The notes under the pieces are model-generated. The model ran no database searches and had not been told where the DNA came from. It was given only the letters and a program-made list of their open reading frames with translations. A stretch of 63,302 nucleotides of DNA, the filler included, from Octopus bimaculoides (taxonomy: Eukaryota): NCBI RefSeq assembly GCF_001194135.2. It is 9 parts of 9 records of this genome, joined end to end, with 100 filler letters (N's around TTAATTAATTAA, not from the genome) between each part and the next. Parts side by side here need not be neighbours in the genome. Positions count along the whole stretch, not along the records: positions 23,482 to 27,612 come from NC_069007.1; positions 27,713 to 36,897 come from NC_068983.1; positions 36,998 to 59,138 come from NC_068986.1; 6 more parts are not named here. One strand, 5' to 3'. This document shows positions 23,535 through 37,215 of this stretch, piece by piece (position 1 is the first letter of the stretch; each line of letters starts with the position of its first letter). A program made the position numbers and the translations under genes.

Positions 23535-24108
23535 TTCTGTGTGTTTATCAGAACTCCACACGGTTTCACAACTAGTTTTGGTGTATTTACTCCCCGTTAA
23601 CATAGCGGTTCGGCAACAGATGCATGATAGAATAAGTTTGGCATTGATTTTGTTCGACTAACCTCATATACATAGGTCGGATCTGCAGTATGGCCGCAGC
23701 CCAATGACTGTAGCAAGCAATATATAAAAGATATTGCAACGCAGCATAGAACCCAGGCAACAATGGTTACACAACGATTATCACATTCCATCTCCTTCCC
23801 TATAATATATCGTTTCGTGGATTTCCATAATAGATTTTCATGGTACTCTTGGAGAAAGGGAGAAATAATTCTTTACAAACATATATCTGGGTATAGTTAA
23901 ATTAATTTCCTAGTTAATTAATTAATTAGTAAACGTAATTAATGGATTAATTAATAATTAAACCATTCTCTAAACTTGGAATCGGGATTTCTCAATCCTA
24001 CACGCTTTTACATGCAAGTATACTACCAGTTGCAGATATTTTCTCTCTTTTTATTCACATTCATACATATATGCAGAGGAATGGTAATACACACATATGA
24101 GATAGACG

Positions 24109-24167
<59 letters not shown>

Positions 24168-24199
24168 GGATGAATGGATGGATAGTTACATAGATAGAT

Positions 24200-24390
24200 A
24201 TATTTTTATTATGGCCACACAGGGCTAAAAATAGAAAGTGGACAAAAGACACAGTAGAGCTTTTCTTGGGGGGTGGCAAAAAAAGGAAGGAGGGGAAGAA
24301 TTTCGATAAAAAGGGATCGTGAAAATAAGAAAACATGGGGAAAGCCGATCAATAGGGATCGTGTATCACAGTCAATGTAAAGGGGGGGGG
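24200..24390 (-). mobile_element. LINE 3' end followed by a (TCTA)n tract
   Basis: Minus strand ends TTAGCCCTGTGTGGCCATAATAAAAA, similar to the ends at about 8980 and 37135. Confidence 0.4.
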
Positions 24391-24443
24391 GTAGACAGAC
24401 AGACAGACAGGTAGATAGATAGATAGATAGCTAGATAGATAGC

Positions 24444-24492
<49 letters not shown>

Positions 24493-24711
24493 GCAAGAAT
24501 AAAAATGTAAGACGGACAGGCAGATAGCTGCGTGAAGGGATCGATAGATTGAAAGATAGACACACAGGTTGATAGACATAGTGTGATAAATAGATAGATC
24601 TATTCGTAGATAGAGCAATCGATATCGAGAAGACAGATAGATACACAGAGAGAAAGATAGACAAGGAAACAGAAAATCAGGAAGATAAATAGATAGATAG
24701 AAGGTGGGATC

Positions 24712-24745
<34 letters not shown>

Positions 24746-26379
24746 CAGATAGATAAATAGATAGTCACACACACACGACATGAAGCAACATGCCAATGTG
24801 AACCAATCAACAAACCAATATCTGCAATGAAATTGTTCCTCTAAATATATTGAATTTTGTGTTTCTTGAAGCTAGTCCAATCCCAAACACACCGCGTTCG
24901 CACATGTTTGATTAATTTGACGAGATGCACATTGTATTAACACCAATATGGCTAAGTATTCCAAAGTCACATGTTAGTTCTATGTTATTCTCTCGTAGAA
25001 ATAATTTACAATAAATAATGCGTTAAAAAGTCTATGGAGAGAATAAGTCGAAGGTTGTCTTTGTGACACGAAACCACATCTCCTGTGAACATGACATGCT
25101 TTCTACCATCGGACTGAAACAATCCGTGCGAATTGCACTGTTCCTTTTTAGAAACATTATTTGTAATTCTTAACACTCTGTGGTATATGTTACTGACGCC
25201 ATAAGAGAAGAAACGATTCGAAGAGGCATGAATAATTAATTCTTTCTTGAAAAGCTTTGACTCGAAGGAGAGAAAAGGATTATTCCGTGCTGTGCAAAAT
25301 TTTCTAAATTCTTACACGCGCACACATACACAACATGTATGTATTTATACATATATGTGTGTGTGTTTCTATATATACATCTAATAATAATAGTGATCAT
25401 GATAATAATGATAATAAATAATAATAATTATTATTATTATGTATATTTATATGTGTATGTGTGTCTGTGTGCATATATGGGTACAGGATGTCACCAACTG
25501 TGCAAACAACATGAAATACGTAAACTGCCCCAACAGTTTTTTGCAAGCCGAGATTAGTGTCCAATGAAGGAGAGGTTAGCATGGGTGACAGTCGTCGAAT
25601 TTGGTTCGATTTCGATTTCATTTGCCTCAACAGCTCCTCGCAATACACACATACGTATGTTCTTATATATATATGCGCATACTCATACGAGAGGTCCGCA
25701 CGAAACGTGAAATCCTCTTTCTTTTCTTTCCTTTCCAATAACACTGTACTTATTCCACGTCCTCGCGTTGTTTTTCGTGTTTTCCCTTGCTTGTTCATGT
25801 TTGAATTAAGTACATACATACACNNNNNNNNNNNNNNNNNNNNNNNNNNNNNNNNNNNNNNNNNNNNNNNNNNNNNNNNNNNNNNNNNNNNNNNNNNNNN
25901 NNNNNNNNNNNNNNNNNNNNNNNNNNNNNNNNNNNNNNNNNNNNNNNNNNNNNNNNNNNNNNNNNNNNNNNNNNNNNNNNNNNNNNNNNNNNNNNNNNNN
26001 NNNNNNNNNNNNNNNNNNNNNNNNNNNNNNNNNNNNNNNNNNNNNNNNNNNNNNNNNNNNNNNNNNNNNNNNNNNNNNNNNNNNNNNNNNNNNNNNNNNN
26101 NNNNNNNNNNNNNNNNNNNNNNNNNNNNNNNNNNNNNNNNNNNNNNNNNNNNNNNNNNNNNNNNNNNNNNNNNNNNNNNNNNATATATAGCTAAGCATGT
26201 TATGTATGTAGTACCTGTTTAGCTGTCTGAAATAACATCAATATATACTTTGTGTGTTATTCCCTATCTTCTTATTAACTCTCTCAGATGTTACTATTTT
26301 CAATTTTTACCCTTTATTGTTCAAATTACTCTGTTAAAACTAATGCTATTTCACTCGAATTGTTTTCCATTAATCTTCT

Positions 26380-26720
26380 TATTAACCTTGTCAACGTTAG
26401 TCATGGTATCCTGCCAAAAGCCTTCAAGAAATCGAGAAAACCTAGGCTTAATAGCCTGTTCAATTCATTTGCCAACATCTGAATATCGTTCGTTAAGATT
26501 TTGATATCACAACTTGTCCTTCTTCCGAAACATCCTTACTCCTTCTGCGGTCTTTTGTGAACACTTGGTTAAATTCTGCTCAAAATTGTATCTGGAGAGC
26601 ACCTTCAAGACTATATTTGACATTGAAATATCCTTCTACTTCGCACGATCACGCATGTCATTATTCTCAAGTAATTCAATTAAAACTCTTCTCTTCCATA
26701 CTGCAGGAATTTCAGCTGTC
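26380..26720 (-). mobile_element. Degenerate RTE-clade reverse transcriptase fragment
   Basis: EIPAVWKRRVLIELLENNDMRD..*KDISM..IVLKVLSR and LGFLDFLKAFGRI, resembling IP.DWK...GI.L...KV..R and F.DF.KAFD. Confidence 0.55.
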
Positions 26721-26939
26721 TTTTAGATGCAATTAACTAGGTTTGTTGAGAACAACTGATGCTATGATTCTTTCAGCTTTTCCCATCTGAGACGGGAATC
26801 ATTCTACAGGGGGAGCGCTTTATAATGATTTAATTGCTTTATATCCTTTACCATCCCAGCTACATGAACTGTCCCCATTTTATTATCAAAACCCTATTCA
26901 ACTGGAGTATTTTCTTTCATTTGCGCTCTGTTAATTTTA

Positions 26940-27345
26940 GTGAGGTTGCACTTCGGTCCCTATGGCATATATGTCATCGATAACTTATCTCCACTGTTCT
27001 CGATGTTGCGCAATTTCTACAATTTCGCTCCCGTTGGATCTCTGCTTCGGTCTTGCAGCTTCCTTGCCGATTCTGTTGTACTACGTCTCGTTTTCCTTGA
27101 AGGAAGGTTTTCCTAACCCAAGTATTTCTACTTATCAATACCCATCGACGCTTTTGTACCTGCCTTTTATTCAGGGTAGGGTTGTTGGGCATAGAAAAAT
27201 CCATATCCATTTCGAACTGTAATCGTGTCTGTTTCCTTTAAACTCTCTTACATGGAAGGTCATACGACAAAACTTAGCTCTCAGGGTCATTGGCCCACAG
27301 AAGCCACCACGCTGGAACGAACGCTGGACTTTGTAGTGGATCATG
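26940..27345 (-). mobile_element. Non-autonomous bipartite RTE (5' UTR motif joined to 3' ORF end)
   Basis: GTGGTGGCTTCTGTGGGCCAATGACCCTGAGAGCTA followed by EIVEIAQHREQWR*VIDDIYAIGTE. Confidence 0.45.
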
Positions 27346-27511
27346 TTATGGGAGTAAACCATTATATGTCTTTAGTTTCATCAGATTCCCCTCTCTCGTA
27401 TATCTTTAATAAAGAGTATTTAGTTTCTTTCTTAATTGAGCTAAAATTTTAACTAATTAATTAATAAACTAGAATTGCCCTGCTTCCACCGAAGTTTGAA
27501 ACGGTATTGAA

Positions 27512-27612
27512 TTCTTCTTCTTCTTCTTCTTCTTTTTCTCCTTCTTCTTCTTCTTCTTCTTCTTCTTCTTCTTCTTCTTCTTCTTCTTCTTCTTCTTCTT
27601 CTTCTTCTTCTT
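27512..27612. repeat. (TTC)n microsatellite
   Basis: Directly visible; runs into a gap. Confidence 0.95.
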
Positions 27613-27955
27613 NNNNNNNNNNNNNNNNNNNNNNNNNNNNNNNNNNNNNNNNNNNNTTAATTAATTAANNNNNNNNNNNNNNNNNNNNNNNNNNNNNNNN
27701 NNNNNNNNNNNNCATATGAACGTTTGTCTGCACGTATGTATGTATGTATGTATGTATGTATTATGTATGTGCGTGTCTGTGTATGTACGTATTTTGTATC
27801 TGTGTGTATGCATGTTTGTATGTTTGTTTGTATATATGTATGTATGTTTGTATGTTTGCATATATATGCGTAGGTGTATGCGTGTATATTTGTATGTATG
27901 TATGTATGCTTGTATGTACAGTAGTATATATATTTGTATATATGTGTGTTTGTGT

Positions 27956-28004
<49 letters not shown>

Positions 28005-28126
28005 TGCGTACGTAAGTATGTTCTCTTCTGATTTTAATTATTTAAATTCTTCCTCTGGCAAAGAAGCTGGTTATCGAACAACGATACAAAGTTTCACCAT
28101 TGGAATGTAGATAATGAAAACCAATG

Positions 28127-28720
28127 TTACATTTTAAATTTGAAAAAGGCCTTGCATATTTTTACTGTTTCATTTGAAGATTGTAGTTGTAACGTGCGCG
28201 TTAGTTGGTTGATTTCTCTTTCAGAAAATCCAAGCTTATCCAGATTATCACTTAGGAACTTGCTCACAGAACCAAGCGCACCAGTTATCATTGAAATAAA
28301 TTCAACTTTGTAATCTGGATACAGAAGCTGACGGTTTTGAAGCAGCTGTCCAGAGTTATCTTCTTTCTCTTTGATTTTCAGAGATATTTACATCAGCAGG
28401 ACAGCTGACCTCTATGACGGTACATACTTTTTCTTGTCTGTTCCAAACAGAACTCTTGTCTGTTATGAGTACACTTGACAGATGTTTGATGGGAATGTTC
28501 TGCCAGTATTCGTTGTGTTCATGTTTGCGTACGTATTCAATAACAAGGGAATTCCATATTTTTATTCCAAGACATCCTTTTTACCAAATGGCTTTGTATG
28601 TTGCTTTTCGCAACAACGCCATGTCATATAGGGTAGTAGTACCTTGATGACATTTTTTTCGGAGCTTCTAATCGCTTATTTTGTTTATTAAGTATCCAAT
28701 AGCATTCTCCTTTTCTTGGA
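28127..28720 (-). mobile_element. R4/Dong-like LINE restriction-like endonuclease domain, degenerate
   Basis: KMSSRYYYPI*HGVVAK ... QEKVCTVIEVSCPADVNIS/KIKEKEDN..QLL...LLYPDYKVEFISMITGALGSVS ... KICKAFFKFKM*. Confidence 0.8.
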
Positions 28721-28728
28721 TTACAAAT

Positions 28729-29038
28729 TGTTGTTGGCACTCCGTCGCTTACGACGTCGAGGGTTCCAGTTGATCCGATCAACGGAACAGCCTGCTCGTG
28801 AAATTAACGTGCAAGTGGCTGAGCACTCCACAGACACGTGTACCGTTAGCGTAGTTCTCGGAGACATTCAGCGTGACACAGTGTGACAAGGCTGACCCTT
28901 TGAATTACAGGCACAACAGAAACAGGAAGTAAGAGTGAGAGAAAGTTGTGGTGGATGAGTACAGCAGGGTTCGCCACCATCCCCTGCCGGATCCTCGTTG
29001 AGCTTTAAGTGCTTTCGCTCAATAAACACTCACAACGC
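28729..29038 (-). mobile_element. tRNA-headed SINE (centre X + tail P); head lies in the gap
   Basis: Near-identical to 51451-51750. Confidence 0.85.
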
Positions 29039-29788
29039 NNNNNNNNNNNNNNNNNNNNNNNNNNNNNNNNNNNNNNNNNNNNNNNNNNNNNNNNNNNNNN
29101 NNNNNNNNNNNNNNNNNNNNNNNNNNNNNNNNNNNNNNNNNNNNNNNNNNNNNNNNNNNNNNNNNNNNNNNNNNNNNNNNNNNNNNNNNNNNNNNNNNNN
29201 NNNNNNNNNNNNNNNNNNNNNNNNNNNNNNNNNNNNNNNNNNNNNNNNNNNNNNNNNNNNNNNNNNNNNNNNNNNNNNNNNNNNNNNNNNNNNNNNNNNN
29301 NNNNNNNNNNNNNNNNNNNNNNNNNNNNNNNNNNNNNNNNNNNNNNNCCCGAGGAGCTTCCTTGCCGACACGTAGGATATTGCTCTCTTCACTTTCTAGC
29401 ACTAAATCTTTCCTGCTATTGTTTAGCAAATGCTGTTTGAGAGAGACTATACGTATGTATGTATGTATGTATGTATGTATGTATGTATGTATGTATGCAT
29501 GCATGTATGCATGCATGTACGTATGTATGTGTGTATGTACGTGTATGCGTGTGTATGTATATGGATTCAGTGGTGTCTTTAGGTGGTTACTGAATCCGTA
29601 ATTAGATTTTAGGGATTGTAGGATTCTCCTGAAGTTCGTTTAGCGATTACTAATGAGAGTTATAAAAACTAGTAAAGACGATTGTGATTATCCCGACGGA
29701 GTGCCAGTGCATGCATAAATACATACATACATACATACATACATAATACATACATACATATATAGACACACACACACACATACATACA

Positions 29789-29819
<31 letters not shown>

Positions 29820-30116
29820 CATTCCGTATATAGTCGGTGAACTTCGCAATTTTCTGGTTTACAGTTTTGCGTACATATCCTATAAACAGAGCACATCAAT
29901 TACACAGAAAAACATACACGTTTGAGAACACCGCATCACACACACACATACACACACACACTCTCTCTCTATCTCTATCTCTTTCTCTCTCTCTCTCTCT
30001 CTCTCGTTCTCTCTCTATATATCTCTCTATCTCTCTCTCACACACACGAGCGCGCTAAAATATATGTATAAATACATATGTGCACATATATGCATAGATG
30101 GTGTGTATATATACAT

Positions 30117-30402
30117 GTGAAGACACGTGGCTTACAGACTAGGGTAGTCAACTTACATACGTAAGTAAGGTCGTGAGTTCGATATCACGCGGCGCATTGT
30201 GTCCTTGAGCAAGACACTTTATTTCACGTTGCTTCAGTCTACGCAGCTGGTAAAAATGAGTTGTACCTGTAATTCAAAGGGCCAGCCTGGTCACACTCTG
30301 TGTCACGCTGAATCTCCCCAAGAACTACGTTAAGGGTACGAGTATCTGTGGATCGGATTGGATGAGTTGAAACACTCGTCATCGTAACCGATGGAGTGCC
30401 AG
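30117..30402 (+). mobile_element. tRNA-headed SINE (centre Y + tail P)
   Basis: GAGTTCGATATC, TGTGTCCTTGAGCAAGACACTT...CAGCTGGTAAAAATGAGT, then TGTAATTCAAAGGGCCAGCC...GGAGTGCC. Confidence 0.75.
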
Positions 30403-30548
30403 TACATACATACATATATACATACATACATCCAGACAGACAGACAGACAGTCATATGTGTGTGTGTATATTAATATATATATATATATATGTTCATATG
30501 CATATGCAAACATATATAAACACGTAACCACATACGCATACATACAAA

Positions 30549-30646
<98 letters not shown>

Positions 30647-30879
30647 CATAAATACATAGACATATATGCGTATATATACAATATATAAACATGCAGCAGT
30701 CAAACAGCAAGCTGTTCTTTTCCTTCTTTTTTTTCTTCTTATCCTGTTGCAACAGACGAAGATCCAAAAACCTTGTAGACCATATATAAAGTTATCAAAA
30801 ATAACATACCCAGGACGCATGCAACAGACATCTCCCCTATTGCAGCACGTGGATAGGCCACCTCTGTCAGCTAACCAAA

Positions 30880-32250
30880 TGTCACACCAATTCTACTGTT
30901 GAGTATCAGAAGTATTTTATAATTTAGTAATAGAAGTACATCTCCCTATTTAGGCTACCTTAATGCATGCAGTGAAGTACTATGCATCTCTTACATAAAC
31001 ACATTTGACAGCAACCATGGTAAATGCAGAAATATACATACCTTAATACATATACTTCATAGTTCACACTATCAGAAAAGAAAGAAGTCATATTGGAATC
31101 GCCACATAAATCCATGAAACCGTCATACTCTTACTCCATCTGTTACACTCAAATACAGTATGTGACACACTAATATTATAAAAGAAGCTAATGTAGTTAT
31201 GTGCATTAACATATCGCCTATCAAATGCCTAAAAATCATGATGGTATGTCAGAATGATACGAGAGATATTAACCAAACTGGCTCAACATACCGCTGTTCT
31301 TTGCTTCAGAGACTTCAGCTTTCGAAACAGCAACTGATCCTAAGGCCATATTCCCTCAGGAATGTCACTGCATGATGAAAGGTCAGTAGAATCTAACTTT
31401 CTAGTATGCTGTTCGTAGAACAAATAATATTCTACTCTTCCCGGGGTAACAACACTTTAGAACTCCGTCTTACAAATATTAAAAAAAAAAATCATTCATA
31501 TTGTAAAAGTGACACCGATGATTTTCTCAACCCATAACATAATAAAACTTACAATGTTTCGAAGGAAATTGCGAACGTCCCAGTGTTCCACAGAGCTAAA
31601 TAGAAATAGAACTGGTCCGAAAATGTCTACGCTTACCAATGTCTTAAAACTTAAGCAATTTATGCCAATAAAACAAGTTAAAAGGGCCAACATACACAAA
31701 ATTTTGATTCACAGATACAGAACAACTTAGAAAAGACAAAGAAGATTTTAAGCTGCTAAACTGAACAACTCAAATATAGCGTTAAAGTTCCACTTAAAAA
31801 GACACTCGTAAAAATCGGGAAAAAATAATTTAAAACGAAAGGGAGATAGGAGCGCTCCAGAAAGTATTAAAACAAAGCCTAAAGTTTTCTATAATTTTGA
31901 AAAAGTATCAGATTTAGTTCATTATAGAAGAGAACCTTTGTCCCAAGGAAATAGCTCACTGTCTGCCGACCCCGCAAATGATTAATGAAAGACTGAATAA
32001 ATAATTCAAAATTGCTTTTATCTCACGAATGTGACTTATGCAAATGAACAAGGTGAGTATTTAAATAGAACCTGATAGGGAGGCAGCAACCATTGATTAC
32101 ATCAACATAAAAGATGTATTAACAGCTGTAGATTAAATGAATTGAAGCTCAACAACACCCTTTGATGGGTCCCAAGCATCTCTATTGAAGACATGTAATT
32201 CGGCACAAGCGAAACTATCAGGTTCTTCTCCAAAGTTTGTAAGTTTTAAA
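30880..32250 (+). mobile_element. Degenerate CR1/L2-group LINE ORF2 (APE endonuclease to RT start)
   Basis: LLLSIRS; FRDFSF (compare GDFN); VEQII..SRGNNTLEL.LTN (compare PTR.NNILDL..TN); KPKVFYNF; AVD*MN*SSTTPFDG...LLKTC (compare GPDG.P..LLK.C); many stops and frameshifts. Confidence 0.65.
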
Positions 32251-32703
32251 CGCACCAAAACGTTTTAAAACGCATAATATACTCTTTCCATAAAGACAGA
32301 AAAGTAGAAGTTAAAAATTTAAGTTACATAAATGTGATCTATCTATTCATTTAAAGATAATATTGTTTAATAAATTCTTAGTTCTTAGTATATACGTATA
32401 TAATACCACTATAAATACTATTAAAACTTCTAGTAACTATATTCATCATAAGTGTGTGGAGATGATATGCTGGGGAAGTTATCATTTTATATATTTTTCA
32501 TTTTATCATACGTAAAGCTGCTCCTATGTCGGCATTTATTTCCTCTCTCTTCATTACTGTTTAATAATAATTCTCTCGACTGGAGTATTTTCATAAACTC
32601 TGTTGCACATAATAAGCACGTTTTGTTACCTATTTTATATGAGTTCGCTCTACAAATAATATACCAATTAAGGGAGTAGTCTATTTTATTAGATTTTAAC
32701 TCC

Positions 32704-33200
32704 CATATGTCACATAAACCGCACCTTCCGCTTATCCAGTCATATATGGTCTTTAAAAGATAATGGTGCCAGTTACAACATCCATTGGAAGGTCTTAGCC
32801 AAGTGTAAACCTTACACCAGCGGCAGCGGAAGGTGCGGTCTATGTGATATGGAAAGATGGCTCATCTGGAAAGGCAGCTTAGACTCCGCCACATGTCTAA
32901 ATTCAAAGACTGAGCTTTTCGGATCATGTCCACATGTGACCAAATATTCGCTACGTTTTTGGTCCCCCTGAGTTTACTGATAAGACTTGCTTTCTATTTT
33001 GTGTCTATGTATAAGCTTTTTATCTCTCTATACTTCTTATTTAGATTACGTATATATTTTTTAATATTGTTACTGATAGGACTTGCTGATAGGACTGAAC
33101 TGATAGGATTTGCTTTCTATATTGTGTCTATGTATAAGCTTTTTACCCTTCTATACATTTTACTTGGATTTTATATTTGTTTATATATATATATATTTTA
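32704..33200 (+). mobile_element. Penelope-like element 3' end with a 5' inverted segment
   Basis: Open frame 32732-32971: LSSHIWSLKDNGASYNIHWKVLAKCKPYTSGSGRCGLCDMERWLIW...LNSKTELFGSCPHVTKYSL, the PLE endonuclease C-terminal C..LC...LN...E...C.H..K pattern. Confidence 0.85.
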
Positions 33201-34011
33201 TATTGTTTTATATTTTTACATAATTATAGAGTTAATGTTTTGTATTTTTTCCATACATATTTTTGTTTTCTCCCCTCCACCCTGTTTTTTTCCTATGCGT
33301 CTATAGACACGTACATGGAACCTTATGTGCACGCTTGTGGGTGTGTGCATGTGTGCGGGTACGTGCGTATATAGATATATGTGCGTGCATGCGAAAATAT
33401 ACGCAATCTAGACGCGTTTAACCTTATAGCTTTCCCACACTGTTTCTTGCTTTTAGACCTATAAAATAAAATAAAATTTTGTGTGCGTATGTATGGGTGC
33501 AGGGTTTGTTGTGTGCGTGTCGTGTGAGTGTGGATGTGTATGCGTGTATATATATGCACATGTACATATATGTATAGTCTGTGGTGAGTATGTGGGTGAG
33601 CATGTGTGTGTTTACATACATGTATAGTTTTTGGCGAGTATGTGGGTGAGCATGTGTGTGTTTAAAGCGAGGGTGTTTTTAGTATATGAATATAGGCGAA
33701 TGTACGGATTGGTGCGCTTACGCAAACCTATAGACTTCTCTACTCCCTTACTCTTACCCCCTTACTTAGCGGTCTATTAGCTCTTTTGACTTTTGTCTTA
33801 ATGACGGTCACCACACAGTAATTTCCCTTTGTTTAACGGTCATTTTTCACAGGAATTTTCAATGGCCGGATAACTGAAGAGATGTTGGCGTGGGCTCCCA
33901 CCCCGGCATCCGAAACTCGGAGTTTTATCATGGCTACCGAATAAGCGTCACATATTTTNNNNNNNNNNNNNNNNNNNNNNNNNNNNNNNNNNNNNNNNNN
34001 NNNNNNNNNNN

Positions 34012-34054
<43 letters not shown>

Positions 34055-35762
34055 ATGTATATATATTTCAAGATGCACACACGTATAGATATCTAGAATT
34101 ACATTTAGGCGTATATGCATGTGTGTCCGGGTGTGTGTGTGTATATGTGTATGCATGCGTTCGTGTGTGTGTATGTGCATATGTATGTGTCTGTAGTTTA
34201 TTTGTGGGTTAACAAGGTTACCATTAGTTCCATGCCAAGAGAAATCTCTCAACAATTACCACGCTTGTTACATGGAACGTTCGTGATGAGAATACACGAA
34301 GCTATACGAGACTTTACAGGATATGGGGAGGGATAGATAAACAGATTATGAGCGGTAATTTCTGAGAAAATCCTATTTATTGTCTCCCTTGAAATCTTTG
34401 TAGGGAGTTGCGTTCACCATGAATTAAGTTGACTTGAGCTAGGATTTGCGCTCACCATGAATGGATTAAATCCTTAAACATTTCACGTGAGTACATTCGT
34501 GCATGTTCAAATTTATAAATATAAATATAAGTATATACGTATGCGCACTTGCACATCCATACAAAATATATGTACACATACACACACCAAACACACACAT
34601 ATGTACATATATACATACAGACATATGCATATATATACACACACATCTGCATTATGTGATTTGTTCGTATTTGAATATGTGTCCAAAATTGTGGAATTTC
34701 ATATTTTGACACCAAACTTGGTCTCTGGGATTGTAAATTCATAAGTTTGTATTTGTATTCTGTGAATCACATGATGCCATGAATATGTACAATGCACATA
34801 TATCTCTGTAATAAGGGAATCCCGAATAAGTTTACGGGAAATGTGTCTTTCATGCATAATGTTCATGTAATGCATATAATTGATGTGCAGAAAAAGTCTT
34901 ATCCAGGTTAGAGGGGTGGCAAAGTGAGTAGTGGGGATCATGATTGAAGTTTCCATGTATGAATTGTTGCCCGTGCATTCTGGAAGAGAAGGTTTCCCCA
35001 CAAATATTCACCGTTGATACTATGACATTTAGTTTTTCGGTAATGCCGAGCTCGCATTACCCATCATCATCCCTCAAACAATTAGTTGATAGCATTAGTA
35101 GGCATGTGTCCAATCTATGCGCGTGGTCAAGTGATCATGGTTCTGCTCTCAGGATCACAAGATCGTGGTCACGACTCTCAGACCGGTGGTGCGCTGCTCC
35201 AGTTCACTCAGCAGCAATCACTGCGGTGGACTGGCGTTCCATTCTAGGAGGATGCTGGCCTACTTGCCTAGCCAGCGGGGTGGCAACATTTAAAAGCTAC
35301 AACAGTACAAAGAAGTGCATTGCGACCAGCGGTGTATAACAGCATAAGATAATCTGGTTGATACAGTGATATTGTGTTATGTATCCAAAATCATTTGAGT
35401 GTGATTTCGTAGCATGTACCATACTTTCACTATTTTAGGCACCTGTGTAATCGCAAACAATTACAAATACCCTCTCGGCCTTTCTAACCCTTGATTCAAT
35501 GGGATACCGCGTATGTGTAAGTTAGAGGAAGAAAGGTATGAACCAGTACGATACTCGTTTTCATCTGAGTATACTGGGTCAACTTGAAATGACGTGACTT
35601 GGTCAAGGCAAGACACAACGTACCGCCTGGTCCAGGAATAGAACAGAACCCACTACCTTATGAACGTTACCTTAACACCCCAACTGCTAGGTTATGATTT
35701 AAGCTGACATAAGTGCTTTTCTTGGACTATTTTTCCTTCTCTCCGGACTTTTCCTCTTACCT

Positions 35763-35797
35763 CTTTCTGACGAAGAGCTATGCTCGAAACGTTACAG
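35763..35797 (+). ncRNA. Minimal type I hammerhead ribozyme motif (PLE-type), one stem I mismatch
   Basis: CTTT-CTGACGA-A-GAGC-TAT-GCTC-GAA-ACGT-T-ACAG: core CUGANGA, 4-bp stem II, GAAA, palindromic ACGU in place of stem III. Confidence 0.7.
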
Positions 35798-35905
35798 CCA
35801 CCCTTTTTTTTATCTTAAACTGAGCAACAACCTAATATATTCATATGTACGTCCTATTGACTTTTGTTGTTTTGTTTTTATTTTTATACACATACATTTT
35901 TCATT

Positions 35906-35979
<74 letters not shown>

Positions 35980-36701
35980 AACGAGTGCGTGTACTAACGA
36001 GTGTATCTATTAAGGTAAAGGAAAAATATACTCTTGGTTCATCATATTCTTCGGGCCTCAAGCAGCACTTTTGAATACGTGGTGACTTTCGTCACCCACT
36101 AATGAACTCAGAACTGTAGATGTTACATAGGCTGAAAGTTCTATCTTTCGAAAAGCTTTGATTTAATTGATTCAGTCATTTAACTTCTGTAAACGGGAAA
36201 TTTTTTTTCTGTGTGTAGTTATTTCAAAGTAGTCATAATTTCAGTTGTACTGTAGGTTTACATTTAATCTGCTTAGTTTGCAGTAATGAAGAAAATGTTT
36301 GAAAATCATACTTTTCCAATCACAAATACACATTTCGGTCAATGGGCTTCGTTCAACAATGCTGTGCAGAACTAAGGTAGATAATGTTGTAGATGTTGTT
36401 GTTACTGTTATCGTTGTTCTCTCTTTGTTAGAATGACGAGTGACAGAGGTTAATTTACAAGAATAGATTAAGGTAATGAATGTAGTCAGAATTAGTTTTG
36501 ACTCGATTTGTTTTTCAAACCAGGAAGATGATTAGGGAGAGAGGCAAGGAAGAAAGAAAAAGAGAAAAACAGATAGACAAACAGACAGCAGGAGAGGCAG
36601 GCAGAGGGAGAAAGACAGAGATAGCCAGAGAGATAGACAGACAGGCAGACAGAACGACTGGTAGATAGCTAGATAGGTAGCTAAATAGAGAGAGAGAGAG
36701 T

Positions 36702-36732
<31 letters not shown>

Positions 36733-37019
36733 TGATTGACGGACGGACGGATATGCAGAGACAGACAGATTGGCGGAAAGTCGGAAAGACAAACAAAAAA
36801 TAGATAAATAGATAGATAGATAGATACATGCATACATACATACTTACACGGATTGATAGAAATAGACAAACAGGCAAAAAATAGATAGATAGATAGANNN
36901 NNNNNNNNNNNNNNNNNNNNNNNNNNNNNNNNNNNNNNNNNTTAATTAATTAANNNNNNNNNNNNNNNNNNNNNNNNNNNNNNNNNNNNNNNNNNNNACT
37001 TATTTATTTATCTATTTAT

Positions 37020-37159
37020 TTATATCTTTCTCCGCTTTCTTCCTCTGTTTAGACGAACTTTCCTACCTTTTCGGACAAAACCTTTTGTAACCTTTGTCCT
37101 GTCTTTGTCCTTATATGTTTTTAATTGATATTAGCCCTTGTGGCCAATAAAACGAATTA

Positions 37160-37212
<53 letters not shown>

Positions 37213-37215
37213 CTG
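37020..37215 (+). mobile_element. LINE 3' end with (TTA)n tail
   Basis: CCTTTGTCCTGTCTTTGTCCTTATATG...TAGCCCTTGTGGCCAATAAAACGAAT(TAT)n. Confidence 0.5.

Noticed and set aside
30759-30902. Strong polypyrimidine acceptor plus a short ORF
   Set aside because: It leads directly into the degenerate CR1-like ORF2; no donor and no recognisable host protein.
33853-33944. Plus-strand acceptor followed by IFNGRITEEMLAWAPTPASETRSFIMATE*
   Set aside because: A single short frame with no recognisable similarity; not supportable without transcripts.
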